A stretch of 32,000 nucleotides of DNA from Mycobacterium leprae TN (lineage in GTDB: Bacteria; Actinomycetota; Actinomycetes; Mycobacteriales; Mycobacteriaceae): contig NC_002677.1 of the NCBI RefSeq assembly GCF_000195855.1, positions 3,090,001 through 3,122,000 on the forward strand, in the 5' to 3' direction. A model generated the notes under the pieces. That model saw only the letters and a program-made list of their open reading frames with translations, made no database searches and was not told the DNA's origin. Shown piece by piece: positions 20,861 to 31,502 of this stretch (positions are counted from its first letter, which is position 1; each line of letters starts with the position of its first letter). The position numbers and the translations under genes are program-made.

Positions 20861-21399
20861 CGATCGGTGGGCGAGGGCTGACGGTCTTCCTACGCAATCT
20901 CTAACTCCTGGCATCGAGTCCGTTCACTCGATAACAAAGCAATTCCCCCTACGGGCAAACACATCTCTAGATTGGCGAAACCCGGCATGTAACCATCAAG
21001 GCGGATCCGCACCTAGTGTCCCGCTACTTTACAGGCATCATTGCGACACCGCACGTGCAACGGTAGGGGGCACCCGACTTGGAGCAGTTACACTCAACCT
21101 CGATACGAACTCGACAGCCACAACCTTCGTGGCCACAGGTCAGCCAGGTCCCTGTCTCATAGCTTGTCATTTGTCCTGGCCTTAATCTGTGTTGGAGGGC
21201 TCGGTGAAGTCCCAAGTGATTGACCCCATTTGGGTTGTTCGGCAGGGCTATTACCCTTATTACCATTATATACCCTCAATGGGTAGCCGGTAAACAACAA
21301 ATCTAAGGATAGATGTAACAGCGCAGACTGGCCGGGCGACCAGTTTATTTTCCAAGAAGTCCCTGCTCGGTTAGCGTGTTCAATGGGAGGCTAGCGGTT

Positions 21400-21950
21400 C
21401 GACCTCCCAGGACGTCGACAGGACTCAATGGCATCAGTGTGGTTGGTCACGATATCCGGTGATGTTGGTGACGTTACAAGCCACCATCGCGGTCAGGCTG
21501 CTCCCCTATGGTCATCTCCATCGCGTCAAGGCACGTTTTCGTAATTGCTGTTCGCTATCATGGGCGATGTCGCATTCTCAATATCGGTAACATCGGGTAG
21601 AGTCAGCAACATTTATCTGGCGCGTGGCTAAGGCCCGAATTACGGGTAGTGCCGCTGGCATACAAGCCAAAGAACGCTTAGGTCGCACAGGTTCAACCTG
21701 CGTCCGGCGGTGCTGACCAGGTGAAGGTAGCGCTTGGCGCGTTACCGATAAGCTAGTAGCGTCGTTCGCGCAGCATTTCGGCTTTCCGAAAACCGTGAGA
21801 TCCAATTGCGGGGGGCTTCGTGAAGCCTTCGCCACCGGCGAGCACAACATCGCCTCGACCTAACGGTCAATAAGTAATTATACGGTCACAGGCAGGTTGA
21901 TAATCACGCGGATGGTGAGAACGCTAGATCTGGAGTAGATTTAGGCATAC
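21400..21950 (+). pseudogene. Decayed SAM-dependent O-methyltransferase (Rv0187-like)
   Basis: Frameshifted fragments ILNIGNIG (from VLEIGTLG) and VVPLAYKPKNA*VAQVQPASGGADQVKVALG (from VVTLEYxPKHAEVARxNLxRAGxADxVEVxxG). Confidence 0.72.
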
Positions 21951-22109
21951 ACCCATGACCGTTGGGGTGAATACCAAGCTGACGAGTATCTTGAGTGAAC
22001 CTTCACGCGAACGCATCACAGTTGAGTGCATCGATCATGTCGGCCCTACGACGAGACCGGCCAGTCTATCGCAAGCTCACCTCCGGTTCCCATATGCCGT
22101 TCTATCGCG

Positions 22110-22679
22110 CCACCTTCGATAGCCTCGTCATGGTAATGGGCCAGCACTACTGCACGGGAGCGACCGTGGTTACGCCGTGACAGCGATCGACCAATCGACT
22201 CCAGCGACGACGCACGGCCTTGCGGGCTGTCCATCCAATCCGCCAGCTCAGCAGCGGCGGCTTTCTTGCGTGAGGTTAAAAATGATGACACTACCAACGG
22301 AATCAAGGGGGCCGTAACTTGTTTTACTGCAAGCGCTTCCAGTGCAGCTTGCTTGAGCTGCAACGCCTCGTCGGTCATACCCGGCAGCTCGGGCTCAGAC
22401 TCTCCAAAGTCGGCGACGTCGGTAATGATCTCGCCGCATTCGTCAAACCGCAGTACACGGCCTTCCAGCATGGCTGTCTCGGTTGTGGCCGCCGCTGGCA
22501 CAGGAGACTCTGGTTGCCGCTCAGGTTCGATGACATCCCTCGGCAACACCTCACGCACCACCAGGTGCGCGTTGGCACCGCCAAAACCGAAGCTCGACAC
22601 CCCGGCGAGCGCGTAACCGCCGTAGCGCGGCCAGTCGGTCGCCGTGTCGATAACCTTCAGGCGCATCGCATCGAAGTCG
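22110..22679 (-). pseudogene. pks13: Displaced internal fragment of polyketide synthase Pks13 (KS/AT linker region)
   Basis: Minus-strand ORF (track 22046..22666) DFDAMRLKVIDTATDWPRYGGYALAGVSSFGFGGANAHLVVREVLPRD...FLTSRKKAAAAELADWMDSPQGRASSLESIGRSLSRRNHGRSRAVVLAHYHDEAIEG matches recalled Pks13 sequence. There is no start, ACP or complete domain. Confidence 0.87.
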
Positions 22680-23023
22680 CTTGTTGTGTAGCCGCTACCC
22701 CTAACGACGCGAAACCCAGTTAGAGAACCTGATCAGAGCGTATGTGCTCTGGAATAAATGGATGGTAGCGGAAACGGCGACGTGGCCGCGAACCGCAAAG
22801 GGCATCTGCCGATGCTTAACAGAACGGGGTGCGCGCGAAAAGACCGGGAGCTCTGGGAAACCCGCCGGCTCTGGCGACTGGGGCACCAGCAATGCCATCG
22901 CGAGTACACCACCCGCCAGACCAGACCCCTCGATCTACTCGGGTAGTCGGACGTTCGTCCAACCAGGTAGCAATTCGCCTGGCGTGAAAGGCTGGCGCCG
23001 GATGCGGTCAGTATTGGCGAAGG

Positions 23024-24718
23024 CTAACCGCAGACCGCGCCGACCGTCGCCGAACTGACGAGCTTGACGTACTTGGCAAGCACACCGGTGGTGTAGCGTG
23101 GCGCAGGAGGAATGAAATCCTTTTTCCGAGAGGAAAATTCGACTGGATCGACCAGCACATCGAGGGAGCAGCCGACAACGTCTAGCAGGACCCGGTCGCC
23201 GTCACGCAGGAATGCGATTGGTCCCGCTTCGACAGCTTCCGGCGCGATGTGTCCTACGCAAAAGCCGGTCGTTCCGCCAGAGAACCTGCCGTCAGTAAGT
23301 AGCAGAACATCTTTGCCTAGCCCGGCACCTTTGATGGCACCGGTGATGGCTAGCATTTCGCGCATCCCCGGGCCGCCTTTCGGGCCTTCATAGCGGATAA
23401 CCACAACATCGCCTTTGGCGATGGTGCCGTCCTTGAGTGCGTCCAACGCGGCCCGTTCTCCGTCGAAAACCCTTGCAGTTCCTTCGAACACATCGGAGTC
23501 GAGTCCAGCCGTCTTAACCACCGCGCCATCAGGTGCCAACGATCCACGCAGGATCGTAATGCCTCCCGTCGGATGAATTGGATTATGCAACGTGCGGATC
23601 ACCTGGCCATCCGGGTCTGGCGGGGCAATGGAGGCTAGGTTCTCGGCCATCGTCTGACCGGTCACCGTCAGGCAATCACCGTGCAGTAGACCTGCGTCCA
23701 GAAGTGCTTTCATTACCACCGGCACACCACCGATGTGGTCGACGTCGAACATCACGTGCCGGCCGAACGGCTTAACGTCGGCTATATGCGGCACCTTAAA
23801 TCCGATCCGACTGAAGTCCTCGAGCGACAAGGTGACGTCGGCCTCATGGGCAATGGCCAGTAGATGCAGGATCGCGTTGGTCGAGCCACCGAACGCCATC
23901 ACCACCGCGATCGCGTTCTCAAACGCTTCCTTGGTAAGGATGTCGCGAGCGGTTATACCGCGACGCAGCAGTTCGATGACGGCCTGCCCGCTACGCCGCG
24001 CGAAGCCATCACGGCGACGGTCTGTTGCCGGCGGCGCAGCGCTGCCCGGCAAGGACATACCCAGCGCCTCTGCTGCGCTGGCCATAGTGTTGGCAGTGTA
24101 CATGCCACCGCATGCCCCCTCGCCGGGGCAGATCGCCCGCTCGATGGCGTCGACATCAGCGCGGGGCATTAATCCGCGAGAACACGCGCCGACCGCTTCG
24201 AATGCGTCGATGAGCGTGACTTCGTGTTCGGTGCCGTCGGAGAGCTTGGTTCGTCCGGGCAAGATCGAGCCGGCGTAGAGAAATACCGACGCGAGGTCGA
24301 GACGTGCGGCGGCCATCAGCATTCCGGGTAGTGATTTATCGCAGCCAGCCAAAAGCACTGAGCCGTCGAGGCGCTCGGCCTGCATTACGGTTTCGACGCT
24401 GTCCGCTATAACCTCGCGCGACACCAGCGAGAAGTGCATCCCCTGGTGCCCCATCGAGATGCCGTCGGAAACCGAAATTGTTCCGAACTCAAGCGGATAA
24501 CCGCCGGCCGAGAATACCCCCTCCTTGACCGCCTTGGCCAGGCGGTCCAGCGAGAGATTGCAAGGTGTGATCTCGTTCCATGATGACGCAACTCCGATCT
24601 GCGCCTTGGCGAAGTCGTCATCGTTCATGCCGACTGCGCGCAACATGCCACGAGCAGCGGCCTTCTCCAGGCCATCGGTAACGTCGCGGCTGCGGGGTTT
24701 GATGTCAGGGGGCATCAT
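23024..24718 (-). CDS. ilvD: Dihydroxy-acid dehydratase
   Basis: 564-aa ORF with [44 protein letters not shown], and C-terminal [23 protein letters not shown]. Confidence 0.97.
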   Translation of the reverse strand: MMPPDIKPRSRDVTDGLEKAAARGMLRAVGMNDDDFAKAQIGVASSWNEITPCNLSLDRLAKAVKEGVFSAGGYPLEFGTISVSDGISMGHQGMHFSLVSREVIADSVETVMQAERLDGSVLLAGCDKSLPGMLMAAARLDLASVFLYAGSILPGRTKLSDGTEHEVTLIDAFEAVGACSRGLMPRADVDAIERAICPGEGACGGMYTANTMASAAEALGMSLPGSAAPPATDRRRDGFARRSGQAVIELLRRGITARDILTKEAFENAIAVVMAFGGSTNAILHLLAIAHEADVTLSLEDFSRIGFKVPHIADVKPFGRHVMFDVDHIGGVPVVMKALLDAGLLHGDCLTVTGQTMAENLASIAPPDPDGQVIRTLHNPIHPTGGITILRGSLAPDGAVVKTAGLDSDVFEGTARVFDGERAALDALKDGTIAKGDVVVIRYEGPKGGPGMREMLAITGAIKGAGLGKDVLLLTDGRFSGGTTGFCVGHIAPEAVEAGPIAFLRDGDRVLLDVVGCSLDVLVDPVEFSSRKKDFIPPAPRYTTGVLAKYVKLVSSATVGAVCG

Positions 24719-24759
24719 CTAAGTATGCGCGGCGTAAGTGTGCCCAAAATCGGCGGGTA

Positions 24760-24776
24760 ATACCCAGTTGGGGTAT
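24760..24776. promoter_or_regulatory. RicR/CsoR-type copper operator ATACCC-agttg-GGGTAT
   Basis: Inverted repeat with 6-bp arms. The core TACCC-N5-GGGTA (24761-24775) equals the described mycobacterial RicR motif and lies in the divergent ilvD/ricR intergenic region. Confidence 0.85.
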
Positions 24777-24889
24777 GAGGTATGCTAGATCATCGGCGAT
24801 CGCGCCGAAGTTGGCAACCAAGGTCGATCGTAAGCCAGATGTTGAGCGCGGTATTAGGTTGGCTTGGCGAGGGACTGAATGAGGATACG

Positions 24890-25189
24890 GTGCGGGAAGA
24901 TGACAATCGCTACGGATATTCGCAGCAGAAGGGCAACTACGCTAAAAGACTGCGACGTATCGAGGGACAAGTGCGGGGCATCGCGCGTATGATTGATGAG
25001 GACAAGTATTGTATCGATATCCTCACCCAGATCAGCGCTGTCAGTAATGCATTGCGGTCGGTGGCGCTTAATCTACTCGACGAACACCTGGAATACTGCG
25101 TCAGCCGTGCCGTCGCCGAGGGAGGCAGTGAGGCCGAGGACAAATTTGCCGAAGCCTCGGCCGCTATCGCACGCCTTGTTCGTTCCTGA
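24890..25189 (+). CDS. ricR: Copper-responsive CsoR/RicR-family repressor (Rv0190-like)
   Basis: The listed ORF starts at 24782, but homology begins at GTG 24890 (VREDDNRYGYSQQKGNYAKRLRRIEGQVRGIARMIDEDKYCIDILTQISAVSNALRSVALNLLDEHLEYCV). The Cys...His-x3-Cys metal-site pattern is present. Confidence 0.93.
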   Translation: MREDDNRYGYSQQKGNYAKRLRRIEGQVRGIARMIDEDKYCIDILTQISAVSNALRSVALNLLDEHLEYCVSRAVAEGGSEAEDKFAEASAAIARLVRS

Positions 25190-25309
25190 TCTGTGCTTAC
25201 AGTGGGGGACGGCGTGACCCTGCGCGGCACTAGTTACCCACAAAATCGACAAACCTAGCTGAAACTACAGCCCACCTGGATGGCTACCGCTACCACCGTC
25301 GGCGTACGA

Positions 25310-25760
25310 CCTTGGAAGCCCCGGATTGCTACGCAATTTGCATTACTGTCCGCAGCGGCTTTTCCTTATATATCACCGCAGAACTTTTGCCTGTAGAGAC
25401 GATATCGATGGTCGCATGGAATCTCAGCTTAAGCTTGTTACTAGTTGCCCCAGTATCCTGGTATGCGCTGTTAGCGGCTCTGACGACCATTCCCGTTAGT
25501 GCGTCGGCCCATCGAGGCATTATCTACCGCAAGCGCCGGTTGATAACGGTGATCATGCTCACGCCGGTAGGCGTCACCGGCCATCGCTCCGCGGGGACAC
25601 TCACCGGCGCAGACGACCCCGACGGTGCGTCAGGGCTGTAGGTGACGGCGGATCGAGTGGGGCTCATGGCAGGTAGATTATTATATTAGAGCGCAGCGTG
25701 GCGCTGATGCTGTTGGTCTCGGCGGCCCTGCCCTTGACCTCCGCCGGTAGCTGTTGGACG
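25310..25760 (+). pseudogene. Decayed MFS transporter (Rv0191-like)
   Basis: Residual GFSLYITAELLPVETISMVAWNLSLSLLLVAPVSWYALLAALTTIPVSA resembles the MFS TM1-TM2 region. Truncated and interrupted. Confidence 0.7.
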
Positions 25761-25863
25761 TCCCGGCGATCACGTCACACGACGACTGAACTTTGCAGTG
25801 ACGTGAATTAGTCGTCCATTAGCTTTCCCGGGGTCACGAAATTAGGTAACTGGTCTGCGCACT

Positions 25864-26730
25864 ATGCCACACTGGCAGGCGTATTTGACTAGAAGGGATG
25901 CATGTCGTCTCATCAGACGAGAGAAGCCGTGGGAAAACCTGCTTATCTCCTCAATTGGTATCGGTGCTTACGTTAGTGTTCAGCACCGGCATTGCCTTGG
26001 TGAATTTGGGACTCATACTATCGGCGACCCAAGTGTGGCCCCTATAGCCGCTAACGCCCTACCGTTGCCGGGCTGGTTGGCACCATCGACGCCGAACCCG
26101 TTGGTCCTGCCGGTGGCCACTTGGTCCAGTGGCCGGAACAGGATCCGTCACCGTTTATCGAAGGCGCTATTCTGGCCACCGGCATTCAATCCAATCAATG
26201 ATGCGATGGCCGATGTGGCCAAGCCGCTCATCATCGACTTCTCGGGGCCAGTCGATTACGCTGGAATGGCCGAAAGAGCCATCCACATTTCGTCGCCTCC
26301 ACCTGTGTTGGGCAGGTAGTACTATAGAAATGAGCCTGATTCGGTTTCGTTGACACCAGATCAACTTCTGGCCCGCCAACCACCGCGGTGAGCACCGCTG
26401 CGAAGGTACCGCGTCGCAACGATGCTGGCAAAGGTTCGCGCTACGGGGTTATATGCAGTATGCTGTCTCTAAACAACACATAAGTACCTTCTGGAGAAGG
26501 CAATGCCGTAGGTGGTTACGAATTCCCCGGCGTATGGAAATTTCGGTTAACTCGTCGTGGGGCTACAAGGTGACGGTCACCGGCGCCGTCCATATCGACA
26601 ACAGCGGTAATTTCGTGCACCGTGGTCGTTCAACGATCAGGGCGTGCTCAATGTCAGCCATAGCTGCATCAACTTCAGCCTCAGCAACGCTGAGGTGATT
26701 CCTACGACAACTTTAGTAGCGGCTATCCCG
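25864..26730 (+). pseudogene. Decayed L,D-transpeptidase (Rv0192-like)
   Basis: PLIIDFSGPVDYAGMAERAIHISSPPPV (Ldt Ig-like domain), a NSPAYGNFG remnant, then GNFVHRG and NVSHSCINFSLSNAE (26650-26694), the YkuD SHGCxN motif, in different frames. Confidence 0.85.
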
Positions 26731-27539
26731 TTGTAGGGAAGAGTTCTATCTAGAGTTACACACAGAACTACGGCGCGCAGATGGGTATATGTGACGGTCA
26801 CGCGGTCCAGTACACAAAATCCACTCTTTGTAAACACCCGAATTCTGTCCAAATCTATACACCAAAAACTATCGATGTCGTCTTCGTTTTTTCGGAAAAT
26901 TTTGGAGGATTTTCCGCCACGCTTGAGGAGTTCTCTTACCAGACAATAGGAGCACCAATGTGCAATTAAAAGTGTTGATAATTGGTCACGGGGGCAGTGA
27001 AAAACTGACATTTATAGCCATTGGTGTGGACTGCTATACTTGCAATAAGGAGTTTCGATTAGACTACTACCAGAACAATCGTGCTCGCCTGATCTCGCCG
27101 AGGGATCGGTGTTCGTGGGATAAGAATCCGTAAACGTAGCAGAGTTTATTCGGGGTCTCCTGGTGTCGGGCGAGATTGTCAAAGACCAGGCCTGCGCGAT
27201 GATTGTCACCGGCCCTGACGTCACTGACAACGCAATGATGGCGGACTTTCATCTTTTGTGGGTACGCCCCAGCTCTGTCGTTTGGTTTCTGGCCGCCCTG
27301 GCTACTATCCTGGTATAGAAAAGCTTTTGTGACGAAGTATTTTTTATGTTGAGCACGTACATGATGCCATCGACGTCCGCGGTAATCTGCAAACTGTCTC
27401 AGTCGCTGACTACGCGCCGCACTGCTGTAAGGACAAAGAGCTGTTACGGATCACCGTGCGTCGCATGTGCACCGCATCCAACGTTGCGGTGTTCGAAGAT
27501 ATCATGATTCATCAAGTGTAGAACAGCATGCTGTGCTCG

Positions 27540-28760
27540 TATCTGAACAAGTTTATATGGATACTCACCGGAAATTTCGCGAAAAAGGGAAGCCAACACC
27601 TGCATTCGTCCTTCGTTCCGCTGTTCAGCACGGACTTTGGCTGTACGCTAGTCACCGGATCCCCATCATTGTGGGGATAACATCCTGCCGCTGCCGTCTC
27701 CGAGGAGATCCTTACTGCTCGAACGGGCCGATTCTGGGCCATAATCGTCGAAAGCAGCAGTACTGCCCATTCGCTGGCCAATTCGGCCTCCTGCCGCGAG
27801 GCGTTCCAGGACCTGGAACTGATGGTGGCTGTCGACGTTGCGCTGACCGAAATTGCCCCTATGTGCTCCCCACGCTCTCGCAATTCGAGAAGCTACAAGC
27901 CACGTTCTTCAATTGCAAGTTTCCGCACAGCGGCTTTCCACTGCGTAGTTCGCTGTTGGAAAATTTGCTAGAAACACTGTTCGCACCAACAGATTGGGAT
28001 CAGCAGGTGTGGATCACTTGGCGGCATCGACGACGTGGCCCTGCGGCCGCTACGAGATGCCGCCAAGCAGGACCGTCGCCTATATCGAGGCGTTCTTGGG
28101 GTAGTGGGTCAGTCCCTGACTGACTGGATTGGTGTCATCTCGATGCCGTTCGGTGTGCCGGCTACGCCGACGACAATGCGCTGTTACACGCGATCCTGGC
28201 CAGCCCGTCCAGAGTAACATCCACCATCCATAACATACCAGGCTGACTTCACTTTTGTTAGCCACGCTGACCATAAGATCTTCTTGGAAATCTCTGAAAT
28301 GCTGGACTAGTTACAGGAGCTAACTAAAACACCGTCTCAGCTGACAACTTCGGCGTTTCCTGCAAGTGCCTATCGATGGGCAAGTGGCGCGCCTACACGG
28401 CCACCGCACATGTCTCCGATTCGTCTTGGGGCAAACGGGATGCTGACGGTGAGGTGCGTGCCAGCATCGAAGATGCGCACGCTATCGGACTCGCCGGCGG
28501 GTGAGGACACGCCCGGATCACAACTGCAGCAGGAAGCATCGACGCGACCGTCGAAATCACCGAGACAATAAATTCCCGAACGGAATAAGCACGGAATAAT
28601 CGTTGCCCAACGGATTTGGGCTCGACTACACCGTCGCCAATGACCACAGTCGCACCCCGGGCGTCGCCCCGAACATACTGACGTCCACCAAATCGCTAGA
28701 CTTCTACACGCTAGTATGCCCTGGCACAAGTATGTTCCCGGGCTGATTGAGGGGCTGGGA
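27540..28760 (+). pseudogene. Decayed molybdopterin oxidoreductase (Rv0197-like)
   Basis: Mixed frames give ILTARTGRFWAIIVESSSTAHSLANSASCREAFQDLELMVAVDVALTEIA, LPTLSQFEKLQATFFNCKFPHSGFPLRSSLLENLLETLF, and a molybdopterin-dinucleotide-domain-like LPNGFGLDYTVANDHSRTPGVAPNILTSTKSLDFYT. Confidence 0.8.
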
Positions 28761-28764
28761 GCAG

Positions 28765-30792
28765 TCAGTTCCAGATCCTGACCCTGAGCTGAGGTTCCAG
28801 GAACAGTGCGTCGTCTTCATCTACGTCAAAGGCGTCGTAAAAGGCGTCAACATTACGGATAACGCCATTGCACCGGAACTCTGGCGGTGAATGCGGATCC
28901 ACGGCTAACCGTCGTATTGTCTCAGCGTCTCGAGATTTGGACCGCCACATCTGTGCCCAGCCGAAAAACACGCGCTGTACGCCGGTGAGACCGTCGATAA
29001 CAGGAGCTGATTGGCCGTTCAGCGACAGCTGGTAGGCTAGTAGTGCGATGGACAGCCCGCCCAGATCGCCGATGTTCTCACCGACGGTGAAAGCGCCATT
29101 TACGTGGTGGTCGTCGAGCCCCCGAGGGGTGTACACATTATATTGCTCGATGAGCGCCTTGGTGCGAGTGTTGAACTCGGTGCGATCGTCGTCAGTCCAC
29201 CAGTCGATCAGATTGCCGTCGCCGTCGTATTTGGCTCCCTGGTCGTCGAAGCCGTGCCCGATCTCGTGTCCGATCACTGCCCCGATCCCACCGTAGTTGA
29301 CGGCGTCGTCGGCCTCGACGTCGAAGAACGGCGGCTGAAGAATAGCTGCGGGGAAAACGATTTCATTCATTCCTGGGTTGTAGTACGCGTTGACCGTCTG
29401 CGGCGTCATAAACCATTCGTCACGGTCCACCGGACCGCCGAGCTTGGCCAGCTCGCGATCGTGGTTGACTGCGTACCCTCGTTGGCAGTTGCCGTAGAGG
29501 TCGTCCCGGTCGATTACCAGCTGAGAGTAGTCCCGCCACTTCTTCGGGTAGCCAACCTTGGCGGTGAACTTGGTTAGTTTGGCCAGCGCGCGCTCTCGAG
29601 TCTGTGGCGTCATCCAGGCCAATTCGCTGATACTGATTCGGTACGCTTGTTGCAGATTGTCCGCCAGGGCATCGACGCGGGCTTTGGCGTGCAGCGGGAA
29701 ATGTCTTTGCACGTAAAGCTTTCCGACGGCATCGCCCATTAGGTTCTCTACCAGCGAAACCCCTCGTTTCCAGCGGTTACGGATTTGCTCGGCGCCGGTC
29801 AGCAGGCGTCCATAGAAATCGAAGTCCGCGGCAACCAAGTCGTCGGTCAGCCAGGGGGCGCGGGCGCGGATCAATCGCCAACGTGCCCAGCACTTCCAGT
29901 CTTCGAGGTTAATAGTTTCCCACAGTGCAGCAAACGCGGTGAGATAATCAGGTTGGCGCACAACTAATTCAGTGACTGATTCTGGCGTATTGCCCAACGC
30001 GGTCACCCAGGCGGACCAGTCGAAGCCCACACCGTCGCTTTGTAGTTCGGCGAACGTGCGCAGGTTGTAGGACAAGTCGGCGTCGCGGCGCTTAACCACG
30101 TCCCAGTGCGCGTCGGCAAGTTTGGTCTCCAACGCCACGATGCGAGCAGCGGTTTTGGCGTGGCATCGGGGATCTTGGTAGCGTTCGCCCCGATACACCA
30201 GAGTGAACATTCGTGCGATGTGTTCAGGGTAGGCTGCCAGCACCTCGGCGTGCTGATCATCGTGGAAATAGGACTCGTCGGGCAACCCGATGCCTGATTG
30301 GCTGAAGTGCAGCAGGTAACGGGTCGAATCTTTGGAATCGGTATCCACATAGACTTCGACGCCGCCGCCCATCCCGGTGCGTTGCAACGCGCCAAGGACG
30401 GCGGCCAAATCGGAGGTATCGGTGGCGTTATCGATCAAGGCCAACTCCTCCAGCAGGGGTTGGGTCCCTCTGCGTTCAACGGTTTGCTCGTCGAGGAAGC
30501 TGGCGTACAAGTCACCGATGCGCTGTGCGTCGGCCTCCGCGGTCTCCCCTGCGGCGGCTGTCCCGCTGGCTTCTGTGATCAAGTCGCGCACCTGCTCTTC
30601 GGTTTGGTCGAACAGGTGGCGGAAGGCTCCGTCGGTCGACCGGTCGGCGGGTATCTCGTATTCGTATAGCCAGCGGCCGTTTACATGACCGAACAGGTCG
30701 TCTTGGGGTCGGGTATTGGCGTCGACATAGCTGAGGTCGATGCCCGAACGGATGGCCTCTATATTCACGACGCCATCCTTGCATTTTTTCAA
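28765..30792 (-). CDS. zmp1: M13-family zinc metalloprotease (neprilysin/PepO type), Zmp1
   Basis: 675-aa ORF with GAVIGHEIGHGFDDQGAKYDGDGNLIDWWT, NENIGDLGG-like region, and C-terminal NPHSPPEFRCNGVIRNVDAFYDAF-type ending. The true start may be a few codons downstream. Confidence 0.95.
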   Translation of the reverse strand: MKKCKDGVVNIEAIRSGIDLSYVDANTRPQDDLFGHVNGRWLYEYEIPADRSTDGAFRHLFDQTEEQVRDLITEASGTAAAGETAEADAQRIGDLYASFLDEQTVERRGTQPLLEELALIDNATDTSDLAAVLGALQRTGMGGGVEVYVDTDSKDSTRYLLHFSQSGIGLPDESYFHDDQHAEVLAAYPEHIARMFTLVYRGERYQDPRCHAKTAARIVALETKLADAHWDVVKRRDADLSYNLRTFAELQSDGVGFDWSAWVTALGNTPESVTELVVRQPDYLTAFAALWETINLEDWKCWARWRLIRARAPWLTDDLVAADFDFYGRLLTGAEQIRNRWKRGVSLVENLMGDAVGKLYVQRHFPLHAKARVDALADNLQQAYRISISELAWMTPQTRERALAKLTKFTAKVGYPKKWRDYSQLVIDRDDLYGNCQRGYAVNHDRELAKLGGPVDRDEWFMTPQTVNAYYNPGMNEIVFPAAILQPPFFDVEADDAVNYGGIGAVIGHEIGHGFDDQGAKYDGDGNLIDWWTDDDRTEFNTRTKALIEQYNVYTPRGLDDHHVNGAFTVGENIGDLGGLSIALLAYQLSLNGQSAPVIDGLTGVQRVFFGWAQMWRSKSRDAETIRRLAVDPHSPPEFRCNGVIRNVDAFYDAFDVDEDDALFLEPQLRVRIWN

Positions 30793-30863
30793 CTACAGCT
30801 CGAGACGGCCCGAGACCGTGCCTACTCGTGAACTGGCCTAAGACGCCGGGTACCCTAGCGGCC

Positions 30864-31502
30864 ATGCCTGACGAGGAGCAGACAGAGCTACCGGTCCACA
30901 AAGAGTTTGCCGGGATTGCCGACTACTCCGATCCTGGTCTCTCAGACGGTTCCGTCTTCTCGCAGTACGGTATCGCATCAACCGTTCTTGCGGTGCTGTC
31001 GGCGGCCGCAGTTGTGTTCGGCGTCGTCATTTGGCGCGCACACCATGATAACTCGGCTGAACGTGCTTACCTGACTCATGTGATGCAGACCGCGTTCGAC
31101 TGGACGGGTGTGCTGATAAATATGAACACCAGCAATGTCGATGCCAGTTTGCAGCGGCTGCATGCCGGAACGGTCGGAGAACTTAACACTGATTTCGACG
31201 CCGCCGTTCAGCCTTACCGGAAGGTGGTTGAGAAGCTGCAGACACAAAGCAGGGGCCAGATCGAAGCGGTAGCGATCGAGTCAGTGCACCACGACCTGGA
31301 TACGCAGCCCGGTGTAGCGCATCCCGTGGTGACCACCAAACTGCTACCTCCGGCGGCCCGTACCGACTCGGTGATGCTGGTAGCGACATCGGTCAGCGAG
31401 AACGTAGGAGGCAAGCCAACGACGGTGCACTGGAGCTTGCGGCTCGATGTCTCCGATGTCGATGGCAAGCTGATGATCTCTCACCTTGAGTCAATCCGAT
31501 GA
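30864..31502 (+). CDS. omamA: Orphan Mce-associated membrane protein, Rv0199-like
   Basis: The ORF track starts at 30828; ATG 30864 gives MPDEEQTELPVHKEF. One TM, then VMQTAFDWTGVLINMNTSNVDASLQRLHAGTVGELNTDFD, typical of Mam proteins. Confidence 0.88.
   Translation: MPDEEQTELPVHKEFAGIADYSDPGLSDGSVFSQYGIASTVLAVLSAAAVVFGVVIWRAHHDNSAERAYLTHVMQTAFDWTGVLINMNTSNVDASLQRLHAGTVGELNTDFDAAVQPYRKVVEKLQTQSRGQIEAVAIESVHHDLDTQPGVAHPVVTTKLLPPAARTDSVMLVATSVSENVGGKPTTVHWSLRLDVSDVDGKLMISHLESIR

Noticed and set aside
20799-21185. 128-aa plus-strand ORF spanning the hairpin
   Set aside because: Its N-terminal part is translated from the inverted repeat and bglS remnant. No independent protein signature.
22744-23058. 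104-aa plus-strand ORF between the pks13 fragment and ilvD
   Set aside because: Low-complexity sequence with no motif and it runs into antisense ilvD. Possibly decayed Rv0188, but I cannot support that.
27512-27883. 123-aa minus-strand ORF
   Set aside because: The plus strand carries recognisable molybdopterin oxidoreductase fragments, so this is antisense noise.
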